From Oligoflexia bacterium (GTDB lineage: Bacteria; Bdellovibrionota; Bdellovibrionia; JABDDW01), in the NCBI GenBank assembly GCA_043732305.1, contig JAYTHU010000043.1, positions 1-16,529 on the forward strand: a stretch of DNA of 16,529 nucleotides, in the 5' to 3' direction. The translations under genes were made by a program, and so were the position numbers. Shown piece after piece: positions 1 through 7,675 of the stretch. Each line of letters starts with the position of its first letter. The first letter of the stretch is position 1. The notes beneath the pieces were generated by a model. That model did no database searches and was not told the DNA's origin. It saw nothing but the letters and a program-made list of their open reading frames with translations.

Positions 1-2
1 AC

Positions 3-236
3 AAAGATAAACTCGCAGATAAATTAAAATATGGTGGCGGCGCATCGGTGCACTGGGTTGCAGGCTTGGAAATACAGCTTGATTTCATCGACCGTGATCT
101 CATCTGGCAATTAGACAGTGATTATGGGATAAACCACGTGTATTTGACCGCTGACTTCCGCCAATTGATTGGCCTTTCAAGTGTTTTTGATTTCAGCGGA
201 ACTTACTACGAAGGTGGAATTTTATTTGAGTTCTGA
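3..236 (+). CDS. C-terminal part of a probable outer-membrane beta-barrel protein (5' end outside the window)
   Basis: The frame is open from position 3 (KDKLADKLKYGGGASVHWVAGLEIQLDF...DYGINHVYLTADF...YEGGILFEF*). Alternating hydrophobic strands and a terminal Phe fit the beta-barrel signature. The stop overlaps the probable truA start. Confidence 0.6.
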   Translation, partial: KDKLADKLKYGGGASVHWVAGLEIQLDFIDRDLIWQLDSDYGINHVYLTADFRQLIGLSSVFDFSGTYYEGGILFEF

Positions 237-1044
237 AGTTGTCCCGGAGCGCGTTCGCCTCACGGTCGAGTATGATGGAACAAATTATTTTGGCTGGCAA
301 TATCAGGGAGCTGATAAACCAACTATTCAACAAACGTTGGAAGAAGCACTCTCCGAACTCCTTGGTCAAAAACAAAGAGTTGTCATTACGGGAAGTGGCC
401 GCACCGACAAAGGTGTTCATGCCATAAATCAAATCGCACATTTTGATAGTCCCAAAAGTTTGCACAATTACGATATTTTACGTGGATTCTGGCCATTTCT
501 CCCAAAGGACATCGCAGTCAAAAAAGCGGAGATCGTTTCACCAAAATTTCATGCTCAGCGATCGGCGACGGGAAAAACCTATATTTATAGGATCCTCAAT
601 CGAGAGGCTCCAAGCGCACTTTTCACAAAACGTGCGCTATGGGTCAGGAAGCCTCTAGACATCGATCATTTGAACGCGGCAGCAGAGATTTTACTAGGCA
701 CCCATGACTTCAATTGTTACAGGTCAGAGGGCAGCTGGGTCAATGGTACCGAGCGGACTTTGACCCAGGCTAAGTTCATAAAATCAGGGGAGTTTGTTGA
801 GTTTCATATCACTGGTTCAGGATTTCTGAAACAGATGGTGAGAAATATTGTGGGCACACTTTTGGAGATTGAATTGAAGGGTCGAAAGATCGAAAGTTTA
901 CAGGTTCTTTTTGATTCCAAGGACAGAAAAATGGCGGGTCCGACGGTCGAACCCCAGGGATTATATTTGTCCAAAGTTTTCTACCCGGAAGCGTTTGCCA
1001 ATGAGTCTTTTAGTAGCCTTGACAACACCCCCCAATCACTGTAG
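226..1044 (+). CDS. truA: tRNA pseudouridine(38-40) synthase TruA
   Basis: Motifs YDGTNYFGWQ, GSGRTDKGVHA (catalytic Asp), GTHDF, GFLKQMVRNIVG, GLYL. Start placed at TTG 226, after AAGGTGG at 211-217, rather than at 169. Confidence 0.96.
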   Translation: MSSEVVPERVRLTVEYDGTNYFGWQYQGADKPTIQQTLEEALSELLGQKQRVVITGSGRTDKGVHAINQIAHFDSPKSLHNYDILRGFWPFLPKDIAVKKAEIVSPKFHAQRSATGKTYIYRILNREAPSALFTKRALWVRKPLDIDHLNAAAEILLGTHDFNCYRSEGSWVNGTERTLTQAKFIKSGEFVEFHITGSGFLKQMVRNIVGTLLEIELKGRKIESLQVLFDSKDRKMAGPTVEPQGLYLSKVFYPEAFANESFSSLDNTPQSL

Positions 1045-1048
1045 AAAT
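1019..1048 (+). promoter_or_regulatory. Probable sigma70 promoter of rplM-rpsI, overlapping the truA 3' end
   Basis: TTGACA (1019-1024), 17-nt spacer, TAGAAA(T) (1042-1048). Confidence 0.65.
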
Positions 1049-1080
1049 CTCTTTCACACATTATGAACTTGAGAGGATTT

Positions 1081-1542
1081 ATGGCTCAAAACAAAACATA
1101 TACTCATAGCACCTACTCCGCCAAAACTGGCGAAGTAGAAAGAAAATGGCATGTCGTAGACGCAAACGGGAAAATTTTAGGCCGATTGTGTACCGAGATT
1201 GCGAATATTTTGCGCGGTAAAAACAAACCCCAATTTACTCCCCACATCGACACAGGTGATTTTGTTATCGTCGTCAACGCAGAAAAAATTGCAATGACCG
1301 GAAACAAATGGGTAGAAAAAGAATATTTCCGTCACTCTGAATGGTTCGGCGGACTTAAAAGTCTTTCTGCAGAACAATTGCGAGAAAAAGATCCCGGATA
1401 CGTGATCACTCACGCTGTTTGGGGAATGCTTCCTAAAAATAAGTTATCAGATGAATTGATTAAGAAACTAAAAGTTTACGCAGGGCCTGAGCATCCTCAC
1501 CAAGCTCAAAAAGCATCAGCCCTCACAATTGCGGAGCAATAA
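1081..1542 (+). CDS. rplM: 50S ribosomal protein L13
   Basis: [61 protein letters not shown]-like GAGAGGA at 1071-1077 favours ATG 1081 over 1063. Confidence 0.98.
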   Translation: MAQNKTYTHSTYSAKTGEVERKWHVVDANGKILGRLCTEIANILRGKNKPQFTPHIDTGDFVIVVNAEKIAMTGNKWVEKEYFRHSEWFGGLKSLSAEQLREKDPGYVITHAVWGMLPKNKLSDELIKKLKVYAGPEHPHQAQKASALTIAEQ

Positions 1543-1546
1543 ATAA

Positions 1547-1945
1547 ATGGCGTCACAAGAAAAAGTATTTTATGCCACTGGACGAAGAAAAACGAGTGCT
1601 GCTCGTATTTTCCTCAAACCCGGAAAAGGCAAGTACACTGTCAACCGTCTTCCCTTCGACACGTTCATCAAACGCAAAGTTGGCCAAATGGTCATGCTTC
1701 AGCCTTTGGAACTCGTGGCTCTTGCAGCTAAGATTGACGTGAACGCAACAGTTGAAGGCGGCGGAGAAGCTAGCCAAGCGGGCGCATTGAGACATGGAAT
1801 TGCCCGAGCACTTCTCGCTTTCAATCCTGAACTTCGCGCGATTTTGAAAAAAGCCGGATACCTTACGAGAGATCCTCGGATGAAGGAACGAAAGAAATAC
1901 GGCCTACGTGGCGCACGTCGTCGTTACCAGTACAGCAAACGATAA
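1547..1945 (+). CDS. rpsI: 30S ribosomal protein S9
   Basis: ATGRRKTSAAR, GGGEASQAGALRHGIARAL, LTRDPRMKERKKYGLRGARRRYQYSKR. Canonical rplM-rpsI order. Confidence 0.98.
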   Translation: MASQEKVFYATGRRKTSAARIFLKPGKGKYTVNRLPFDTFIKRKVGQMVMLQPLELVALAAKIDVNATVEGGGEASQAGALRHGIARALLAFNPELRAILKKAGYLTRDPRMKERKKYGLRGARRRYQYSKR

Positions 1946-1986
1946 TATCTTTAGTCAATCTAGTTTCGGCTTGTTCGAAACAGTTA

Positions 1987-2017
1987 GAAAAGCCAGTCTC
2001 GCGACTGGTTTTTTTTT
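1987..2017 (+). terminator. Intrinsic terminator after rpsI
   Basis: Stem GCCAGTC (1992-1998), loop TCGC, GACTGGT (2003-2009), then a T run to 2017; preceded by an A tract. Confidence 0.9.
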
Positions 2018-2044
2018 GATCAGTATGAACAAACGGCATAAAGT
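2016..2044 (+). promoter_or_regulatory. Probable sigma70 promoter of aguA-aguB
   Basis: TTGATC (2016-2021), 17 nt, TAAAGT (2039-2044); GGAG at 2050-2053 precedes ATG 2060. Confidence 0.5.
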
Positions 2045-2059
2045 AATTTGGAGAATTAA

Positions 2060-3160
2060 ATGGAAAGCACATCGTCTGAAAACTTGATCACAACCCCCGA
2101 AGCCGCTGGGTTTTTTATGCCAGCAGAGTGGGAAGAGCATGAAGCGGTTTGGCTTGCATGGCCCAACGACAAAGAACTTTGGGGCGACGCCCTCGAAGCC
2201 ACTCAAAAAGAATTCGCGGCCCTTTGTGCGGCCATTGCTGATGTTGATCCAGCCACAAAAGAAGTGCGCGGAGAACAATTAAAAATTCTTGTGCCTGATG
2301 AAAAAACTCAACACGATGCCAAAGAGGCTCTTTCTGGACTCAGCGCCGCTTTTTTTAAAATTCCTTTCGGTGATATTTGGCTTCGAGATACTGCTCCATT
2401 ATTTTTGGCAAACGAAGATGGTGAAATCGCGCCCGTGAGATTTTCATTCAACGGCTGGGGCGAGAAATATGTTTTGAAAAACGATTCCGAAGTATCCGCG
2501 AATATTTCAGCGGCTTGGAAAAAAGAATCATCCAGTCATTCATCTCAATTTGTTTTCAAACAAATTCTCGAGGGAGGATCAGTCGATTTCGATGGCGAAG
2601 GAACCTGTTTGACAACTCGTCAGTGCCTTCTCAATCCCAATCGCAACCCCAAGATGGATCAAGAAGCGGTAGAATATTTCTTGGAAGAATCCCTCGGCGT
2701 AGAAAAAACTTTATGGCTTGGTGATGGCCTGCGAAACGATCACACCGACGGCCATATAGATACAATTGCTAGATTTTCAGAACCCGGAACTATTCTCTGC
2801 ATGAAAGCCAGTGGCAAAGATGATCCAAACGCCGAGCGATACATGCAAATGCAAAAAGAACTTTCGCAGATGACGGATGCTCAAGGGCGAAAAATAAATG
2901 TTAAACTCATTCCATCACCCGGATTGATTGTGAATGAAAATAACGATATAGTGCCCGCCAGCTATTTGAATTTTTACATCGCAAATACAACGGTCATTGT
3001 TCCCATTTATGGAAGCAAATATGATCAAGAAGCACTGGCAGAGATTGCTAAATGTTTTCCCGAGAGGAAAACTGTGGGCCTGATGGCCCTGAGTATTTTG
3101 GGTGGAGGCGGAGCATTTCATTGCATCACTCAACAACAACCCGTGGCTGAAAATAATTAA
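2060..3160 (+). CDS. aguA: Agmatine deiminase
   Basis: MPAEWEEH, WLAWP, DIWLRD, FNGWG, EGG, DHTDGHID, ASYLNFYIAN and the catalytic Cys motif GGGAFHCITQQQP. Confidence 0.93.
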   Translation: MESTSSENLITTPEAAGFFMPAEWEEHEAVWLAWPNDKELWGDALEATQKEFAALCAAIADVDPATKEVRGEQLKILVPDEKTQHDAKEALSGLSAAFFKIPFGDIWLRDTAPLFLANEDGEIAPVRFSFNGWGEKYVLKNDSEVSANISAAWKKESSSHSSQFVFKQILEGGSVDFDGEGTCLTTRQCLLNPNRNPKMDQEAVEYFLEESLGVEKTLWLGDGLRNDHTDGHIDTIARFSEPGTILCMKASGKDDPNAERYMQMQKELSQMTDAQGRKINVKLIPSPGLIVNENNDIVPASYLNFYIANTTVIVPIYGSKYDQEALAEIAKCFPERKTVGLMALSILGGGGAFHCITQQQPVAENN

Positions 3161-3175
3161 TCGAGGATATTGCAG

Positions 3176-4015
3176 ATGAGCACAGAAAATAAAATTACGG
3201 TCGCAGCCCTTCAGACAAAGTTTTCAACTGACACTCGAGCAAACATTGCAGACGTGACGGATCTTGTGCATGAAGCGATAAAAAAAGGTGCGCAAGTCAT
3301 TTTGCCCTCAGAACTTTTCGAAAACGTTTATTTTTGCACGTTTGAAAAAGACGAATACTTCGCGTTGGCAAAACCATTAAAAGATCATCCGACGATTGCG
3401 CATTTTCAAAAAATCGCCAAAGAAAACAAAGTGGCTATCCCCGTTTCGTTTTTTGAAAAAGATGGGCAGTGCTATTATAACAGCATCGCTATGATTGATG
3501 CCGACGGCTCAGTGCTAGGCGTGTACAGAAAATCCCATATTCCCGATGGACCCGGTTATGAAGAAAAATTCTACTTCAGACCTGGAGACACAGGATTTAA
3601 AGTTTGGAACACTCGCTTTGGGAAAATTGGCGTGGGCATTTGCTGGGACCAATGGTTTCCAGAAGCCGCCCGAAGCATGATGCTCATGGGTGCTGATATT
3701 TTGCTTTATCCTACGGCAATTGGAACAGAACCTGAAGAACCGAGTTTCGACACTAAAGATCCTTGGCAGCGAGCCATGATAGGACATGCCGTCAGCAATA
3801 TTGTTCCTGTGGTTGCCGCAAACCGCATTGGAACAGAAGCGCAGCAAACTTTTTACGGGCATTCATTTATTGCAGATCAACGTGGGAATAAGGTGGCAGA
3901 ACTGGGGCGAGAAGAGCGCGGCGTGATCACGGCAACTTTTGATCTTGCTGTGATTGAGAGAAATCGCGCAGCTTTCGGATTTTTCCGCGATCGTCGCACC
4001 GACCTGTACAAATAA
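3176..4015 (+). CDS. aguB: N-carbamoylputrescine amidase
   Basis: Nitrilase-superfamily Glu-Lys-Cys triad: ELF, YRKSHIPDGPGYEEKFYFRPGD, ICWDQWFPEAAR; also YPTAIG and GFFRDRR. Lies directly after aguA. SD GAGGA at 3163-3167 favours ATG 3176. Confidence 0.94.
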   Translation: MSTENKITVAALQTKFSTDTRANIADVTDLVHEAIKKGAQVILPSELFENVYFCTFEKDEYFALAKPLKDHPTIAHFQKIAKENKVAIPVSFFEKDGQCYYNSIAMIDADGSVLGVYRKSHIPDGPGYEEKFYFRPGDTGFKVWNTRFGKIGVGICWDQWFPEAARSMMLMGADILLYPTAIGTEPEEPSFDTKDPWQRAMIGHAVSNIVPVVAANRIGTEAQQTFYGHSFIADQRGNKVAELGREERGVITATFDLAVIERNRAAFGFFRDRRTDLYK

Positions 4016-4103
4016 TTCTAATCTTTTTTAACCGAGAGAAGAATGATGACAAGGGGCAAGTGATTTCGCAAAAATATCCTCCAGCGAGAAAAAACAGATC
4101 TGC

Positions 4104-4445
4104 TCAACCGCCTGGAGTGAGATTTTCCGGTCCCATGTAATCAATAAAATTCTGATGATTGGTTGCACTGTGAAGTGGGTCGTGATCCGGCGCAGGCTTC
4201 CCATCTTCATAAGCTTGCCCAGGCACTTTGTCTTTTTGAACCAAAGAGTTTTTGTCCGCTTTTTTTTCTATCTCCTCGGCGGTCCCAAGATCATTGTTTA
4301 AAGCAAATTTTTTGGAACTATCGCTAGAAACAACAACATCAATTTGCGAGTCAGTATGCGAAATTGAAACACCGTCGACGTCGTAATGCCCGTCTCGATC
4401 CGAAATAATTCCAAGAACTTTTTTAATTTGGTCTTGATCTGTCAT
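4104..4445 (-). CDS. Hypothetical acidic protein (113 aa)
   Basis: ORF MTDQDQIKKV...LTPGG with a strong SD GGAGGT (4456-4451) before ATG 4445. The longer track start at 4520 runs through the promoter region. Confidence 0.75.
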   Translation of the reverse strand: MTDQDQIKKVLGIISDRDGHYDVDGVSISHTDSQIDVVVSSDSSKKFALNNDLGTAEEIEKKADKNSLVQKDKVPGQAYEDGKPAPDHDPLHSATNHQNFIDYMGPENLTPGG

Positions 4446-4472
4446 ATATGACCTCCACTGCATTATTAAAGT

Positions 4473-4488
4473 AGCAAGCCATATGCCA
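4473..4488 (-). promoter_or_regulatory. sigma54 (-24/-12) promoter of the 4445 orphan
   Basis: Minus strand TGGCATATGGCTTGCT: GG-N10-GC with TGGCA and TTGCT boxes. Confidence 0.7.
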
Positions 4489-4566
4489 CGCGGAGAGGGC
4501 TCATGAACTCGATGACGCAATTTTTAAGTCACACACGTGGCAAATAACCCCACGAGTGCCTCAAAA

Positions 4567-5535
4567 TTACCAGCCTAAGATGTAAGCAAAAATCAACGGA
4601 GCGACGATAGTCGCGTCGGATTCGATCACAAATTTAGGAGTGTCCACACCAAGTTTAGCCCAAGTGATTTTCTCATTGGGAACGGCACCTGAATAAGAAC
4701 CGTAGCTGGTGGTGGAATCAGAAATTTGACAGAAATATCCCCAGAGGGGTGTATCCAGTTGATTCAAATCTTGAATCAAAGTGGGAACAACACAGATGGG
4801 GAAATCGCCGGCAATTCCGCCCGCGATTTGGAAAAATCCAATGGAACCTTTTTTAACGGTAGCTGGATACCAATGCATCATCTCGTTAAAATATTCTAAC
4901 CCTGTGCGAACAGTGTGAATGTTTTTGATAGTCTTGTCGTGAACGCGTGCCACAAAAATATTTCCGATCGAAGAATCTTCCCAACCTGGAACAAAAATCG
5001 GAATATTTTTTTCGGCAGCGGCAAGCATCCAACTGTCTTTGGGATCGATTTCGTAATATTTTTTCAAATCGCCAGAAAGTAAAATTTTGTAAAAATACTC
5101 ATGAGGGAAATAACTTTCGCCAGCTTTGTCTGCGGCCAACCACAAATCCATGATCGCGCCTTCAATCCGTCTAACCGCTTCGCCTTCAGGAATGCATGTG
5201 TCAGTGACACGTTTCAAACCAGAATCCAAAAGATCTTTTTCATCTTGCGCGGTGAGAGTGCGATAATCTGGTAGGCGCTTGTAATGTTTATGCGCAACCA
5301 AATTGAAAATGTCTTCTTCAAGATTAGCACCAGTGCAACTGATGGCGTGAACTTTGCCTTGGCGAATCATTTCGGCCAAGCTCTTTCCAAGTTCCGCAGT
5401 GCTCATCGCTCCGCCCAGGGCCATAAACATTTGGCCACCGTCTTTGAGATGTTTTTCGTATCCAACAGCGGCGTCTCTCAAGGCAGCCGCATTGAAATGC
5501 TTATAATGAGTGTCGACAAATTCTCTTATTTTCAT
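4567..5535 (-). CDS. speY: Deoxyhypusine synthase-like protein (bacterial SpeY type, homospermidine biosynthesis)
   Basis: HFNAAAL, GAMSTAELG, TGANLEED, RVTDTCIPE, PGWEDS, GGIAGDFPICVVP, SYGSYSGAVPNEKITWAKL (the DHS catalytic-Lys motif), SDATIVAPL. Neighbours are polyamine genes. Confidence 0.88.
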   Translation of the reverse strand: MKIREFVDTHYKHFNAAALRDAAVGYEKHLKDGGQMFMALGGAMSTAELGKSLAEMIRQGKVHAISCTGANLEEDIFNLVAHKHYKRLPDYRTLTAQDEKDLLDSGLKRVTDTCIPEGEAVRRIEGAIMDLWLAADKAGESYFPHEYFYKILLSGDLKKYYEIDPKDSWMLAAAEKNIPIFVPGWEDSSIGNIFVARVHDKTIKNIHTVRTGLEYFNEMMHWYPATVKKGSIGFFQIAGGIAGDFPICVVPTLIQDLNQLDTPLWGYFCQISDSTTSYGSYSGAVPNEKITWAKLGVDTPKFVIESDATIVAPLIFAYILGW

Positions 5536-5591
5536 AGGGAGTATGAGTAGCCGAAGGCATCAGATTTTTCAAGAGCTTTCTAAGATCAAAG

Positions 5592-5646
5592 GCACACGTC
5601 TTGGAGTCAACTCGCGGATAGTTTAACCAGCTGGAAAAGACGCCGC
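5592..5646 (-). ncRNA. Candidate structured RNA hairpin upstream of speY (no family recognised)
   Basis: Nested pairing on the minus strand: GCG/UGC, GCGUCUU/AAGACGU, CAGCU/AGUUG. Folded by hand only. Confidence 0.3.
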
Positions 5647-5757
5647 TATATTTCGATAGAAAAAGAGGACTTTAATTTTCAAGAGCGGCATGTTGCCGGG
5701 GGTACCACATATTTTAAATTTTGACGTAAGGAGAAAGATTGCAAATCGCCTGAATGA

Positions 5758-6768
5758 TTATTGTTCGAGAATATAATTTTCAGGATTGATAGGAGCACCA
5801 TTATGCAAAACTTCGTAATGCAAATGGGGACCAGTAGATCTGCCGGTAGAGCCGACCTGAGAAATGAGTTCACCTCGCTTAATGTGCTGACCGGCAACAA
5901 CTTTCAATTGAGAGTTATGCCCGTATCTTGTCTCAACGCCGTAGCCGTGTTCAATCATAATAACTTTGCCATAACCAGGATCATACCCGGCAAACTTCAC
6001 CACGCCATCAGCAGGAGCATACACTGGCGAACCAGGAGCCGCCGCAATGTCTAAGCCTTCATGCATATGAGGCTTGCCAGAGGTAGGAGACACACGAATT
6101 CCGAAACCTGATGTGATCCAACCTGAAGTTGGTTTACCAAATGGAGTAGAAGCGAGAATATCCTCGCGATCTTTCAGAAAATCCATCATTTCAACCATAC
6201 CTACTTCGCGAAGCTGACTCTGCTTGACCACGCGCTCAAGCCGGATGCTGAGCTTGGCGTAATCTCGGTCTTGTTCTTCGGCTAAAATATTGGCGGTCAA
6301 ATCAGGAAGACTCTTGGTCTTGAAAACGGGCTCGTCGCTTAAAGAAGAGGGCATACGATCATCGGTAGAACCGGGGTTCTCACCCACTTCTTCCATCATG
6401 TCTTCGCGAGACTGTGGACCCATCGCCAAATTCAGACCGCGATCGGGATCGTTCACGGCGGTGATCAGCTTCAATTTTGTAGTGAGGGCTTTGAGACGCT
6501 CGAGGGTTGTTTCGATTGTCCCCATTTTACTTTGGACGACTTCAAACTGTGAACGGAGTTCCCCGTTTTGAGCTCTCAGTCTTTTATTTTCGATACTCTG
6601 CGAAAGCAGTCCAACATAATCGACGAATACACCGGAAATGACGATCAACACGATAGCAGAAAGTGCAGCCACAAGTTTAAGATGACCTGACGAAATCACC
6701 AGCTTGAATGCTTTGTTTTTTCTGTCTGGAATCACCATGATAGTGATGAATTTATCGCTACTTGCCAT
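5758..6768 (-). CDS. M23-family metallopeptidase with N-terminal TM segment and coiled coil
   Basis: ITSGFGIR, HEGLD (HxxxD), GYGK, YGH, GSTGRSTGPHLHYEV (HxH); hydrophobic helix at about residues 30-50. Confidence 0.92.
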   Translation of the reverse strand: MASSDKFITIMVIPDRKNKAFKLVISSGHLKLVAALSAIVLIVISGVFVDYVGLLSQSIENKRLRAQNGELRSQFEVVQSKMGTIETTLERLKALTTKLKLITAVNDPDRGLNLAMGPQSREDMMEEVGENPGSTDDRMPSSLSDEPVFKTKSLPDLTANILAEEQDRDYAKLSIRLERVVKQSQLREVGMVEMMDFLKDREDILASTPFGKPTSGWITSGFGIRVSPTSGKPHMHEGLDIAAAPGSPVYAPADGVVKFAGYDPGYGKVIMIEHGYGVETRYGHNSQLKVVAGQHIKRGELISQVGSTGRSTGPHLHYEVLHNGAPINPENYILEQ

Positions 6769-6777
6769 ATACCCCTA

Positions 6778-6805
6778 TAGTCGGCTCACCCTCGATTTAT
6801 CTTTA
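6778..6805 (-). promoter_or_regulatory. sigma28 (FliA)-type promoter of the M23 gene
   Basis: TAAA (6805-6802), 16 nt, GCCGACTA (6785-6778); 9 nt before the ATG. Confidence 0.55.
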
Positions 6806-6864
6806 AACGGATTTTTGCCGTTGCAAGGCTTTAGTGTCAATTTAAACCTGACTAAAGGCGGCGT

Positions 6865-7596
6865 TTAACTGGACGCAGTGCATACAAGAACCACGGTGAC
6901 ATTGTCATCCCCGCCACCTTTTTTAGCTTCTTCGATCAATCGAGCAGGAACATCTTTAAAGGGCAGGCTAAGAATAATGTCACAAATTCTTTGATCAGAA
7001 ACTAGCCCAGACAATCCGTCCGAGCAGACCAAGATGAACTCGCCTGGCTGAAGGGTTCGCTCAATAACATCACAAAGCACAAACTCTTCGAACCCAACAG
7101 AGCGAGTGATCACGTTTTTTGGCACAAAATGTTCGGCATCTTCCGGCTTAAGCAAACCACCGCGGATTTGTTCATTCAAAAGGGAGTGATCATCTGTGAG
7201 TTGCCAAATGTGCGGAGCGTGGATCAAATAAGCGCGACTATCGCCCACATTTCCAATAAAAAGTTTTCCATCTCGATCCAAAACAGTAACGACAGTTGTC
7301 CCCATACCTTTTAGAGCACGGTTGTTTTCAGACTCTTCATAAATCACACGGCAGGCTTCAGCATATGCCTTGAGTACAAGGTCTTGCGGTCGCATACCTT
7401 GGTCTTTGGCAAAACTGTTTTTGATTACATCACGAATGGTTTCGACGGCCATGCGACTAGCCACTTCCCCACCCTTGTGTCCGCCCATGCCATCGGCAAC
7501 GACATACAAGCCTAGATCTTGGTCTATTAAAAAAGAATCCTGATTGTTTTCTCTCTTGAGCCCGACGTCCGTCAGTCCCAGCACTTGAAGCTGCAT
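6865..7596 (-). CDS. PP2C/PPM-family Ser/Thr protein phosphatase (Stp1/PrpC-like)
   Basis: TDVGLKRENNQDS, VADGMGGHKGGEVAS, GMGTT, NVGDSRAY, LTDDHS, CSDGL, GGDDNVT. Confidence 0.95.
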   Translation of the reverse strand: MQLQVLGLTDVGLKRENNQDSFLIDQDLGLYVVADGMGGHKGGEVASRMAVETIRDVIKNSFAKDQGMRPQDLVLKAYAEACRVIYEESENNRALKGMGTTVVTVLDRDGKLFIGNVGDSRAYLIHAPHIWQLTDDHSLLNEQIRGGLLKPEDAEHFVPKNVITRSVGFEEFVLCDVIERTLQPGEFILVCSDGLSGLVSDQRICDIILSLPFKDVPARLIEEAKKGGGDDNVTVVLVCTASS

Positions 7597-7641
7597 ATAT
7601 TTATATTGTTATTTAACCGTACGCCTTCAGTCAATCAGTCT

Positions 7642-7668
7642 TAAAGCTAATGGGCATTTTGTCGATAA
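7642..7668 (+). promoter_or_regulatory. sigma28 (FliA)-type promoter of the TonB-C gene
   Basis: TAAA (7642-7645), 15 nt, GTCGATAA (7661-7668); 7 nt before ATG 7676. Confidence 0.7.
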
Positions 7669-7675
7669 GTCATAC

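Noticed and set aside
169..225. N-terminal extension of TruA in the ORF track
   Set aside because: It overlaps the upstream gene and lacks TruA character; TTG 226 has an SD-like motif.
2092..2116. Hairpin-plus-T-run near the aguA start (ACCCCC...GGGTTTTTT)
   Set aside because: Weak stem, explained by the conserved coding sequence TP...GFFMPAEW; not called a terminator or attenuator.
4446..4520. Longer start for the 4104 ORF
   Set aside because: It spans the sigma54 element and the GGAGGT SD belonging to ATG 4445.
5686..5698. Small inverted repeat CGGCA-tgt-TGCCG after the M23 gene
   Set aside because: Only 5 bp with a 3-nt loop and no real U tract; insufficient for a terminator call.
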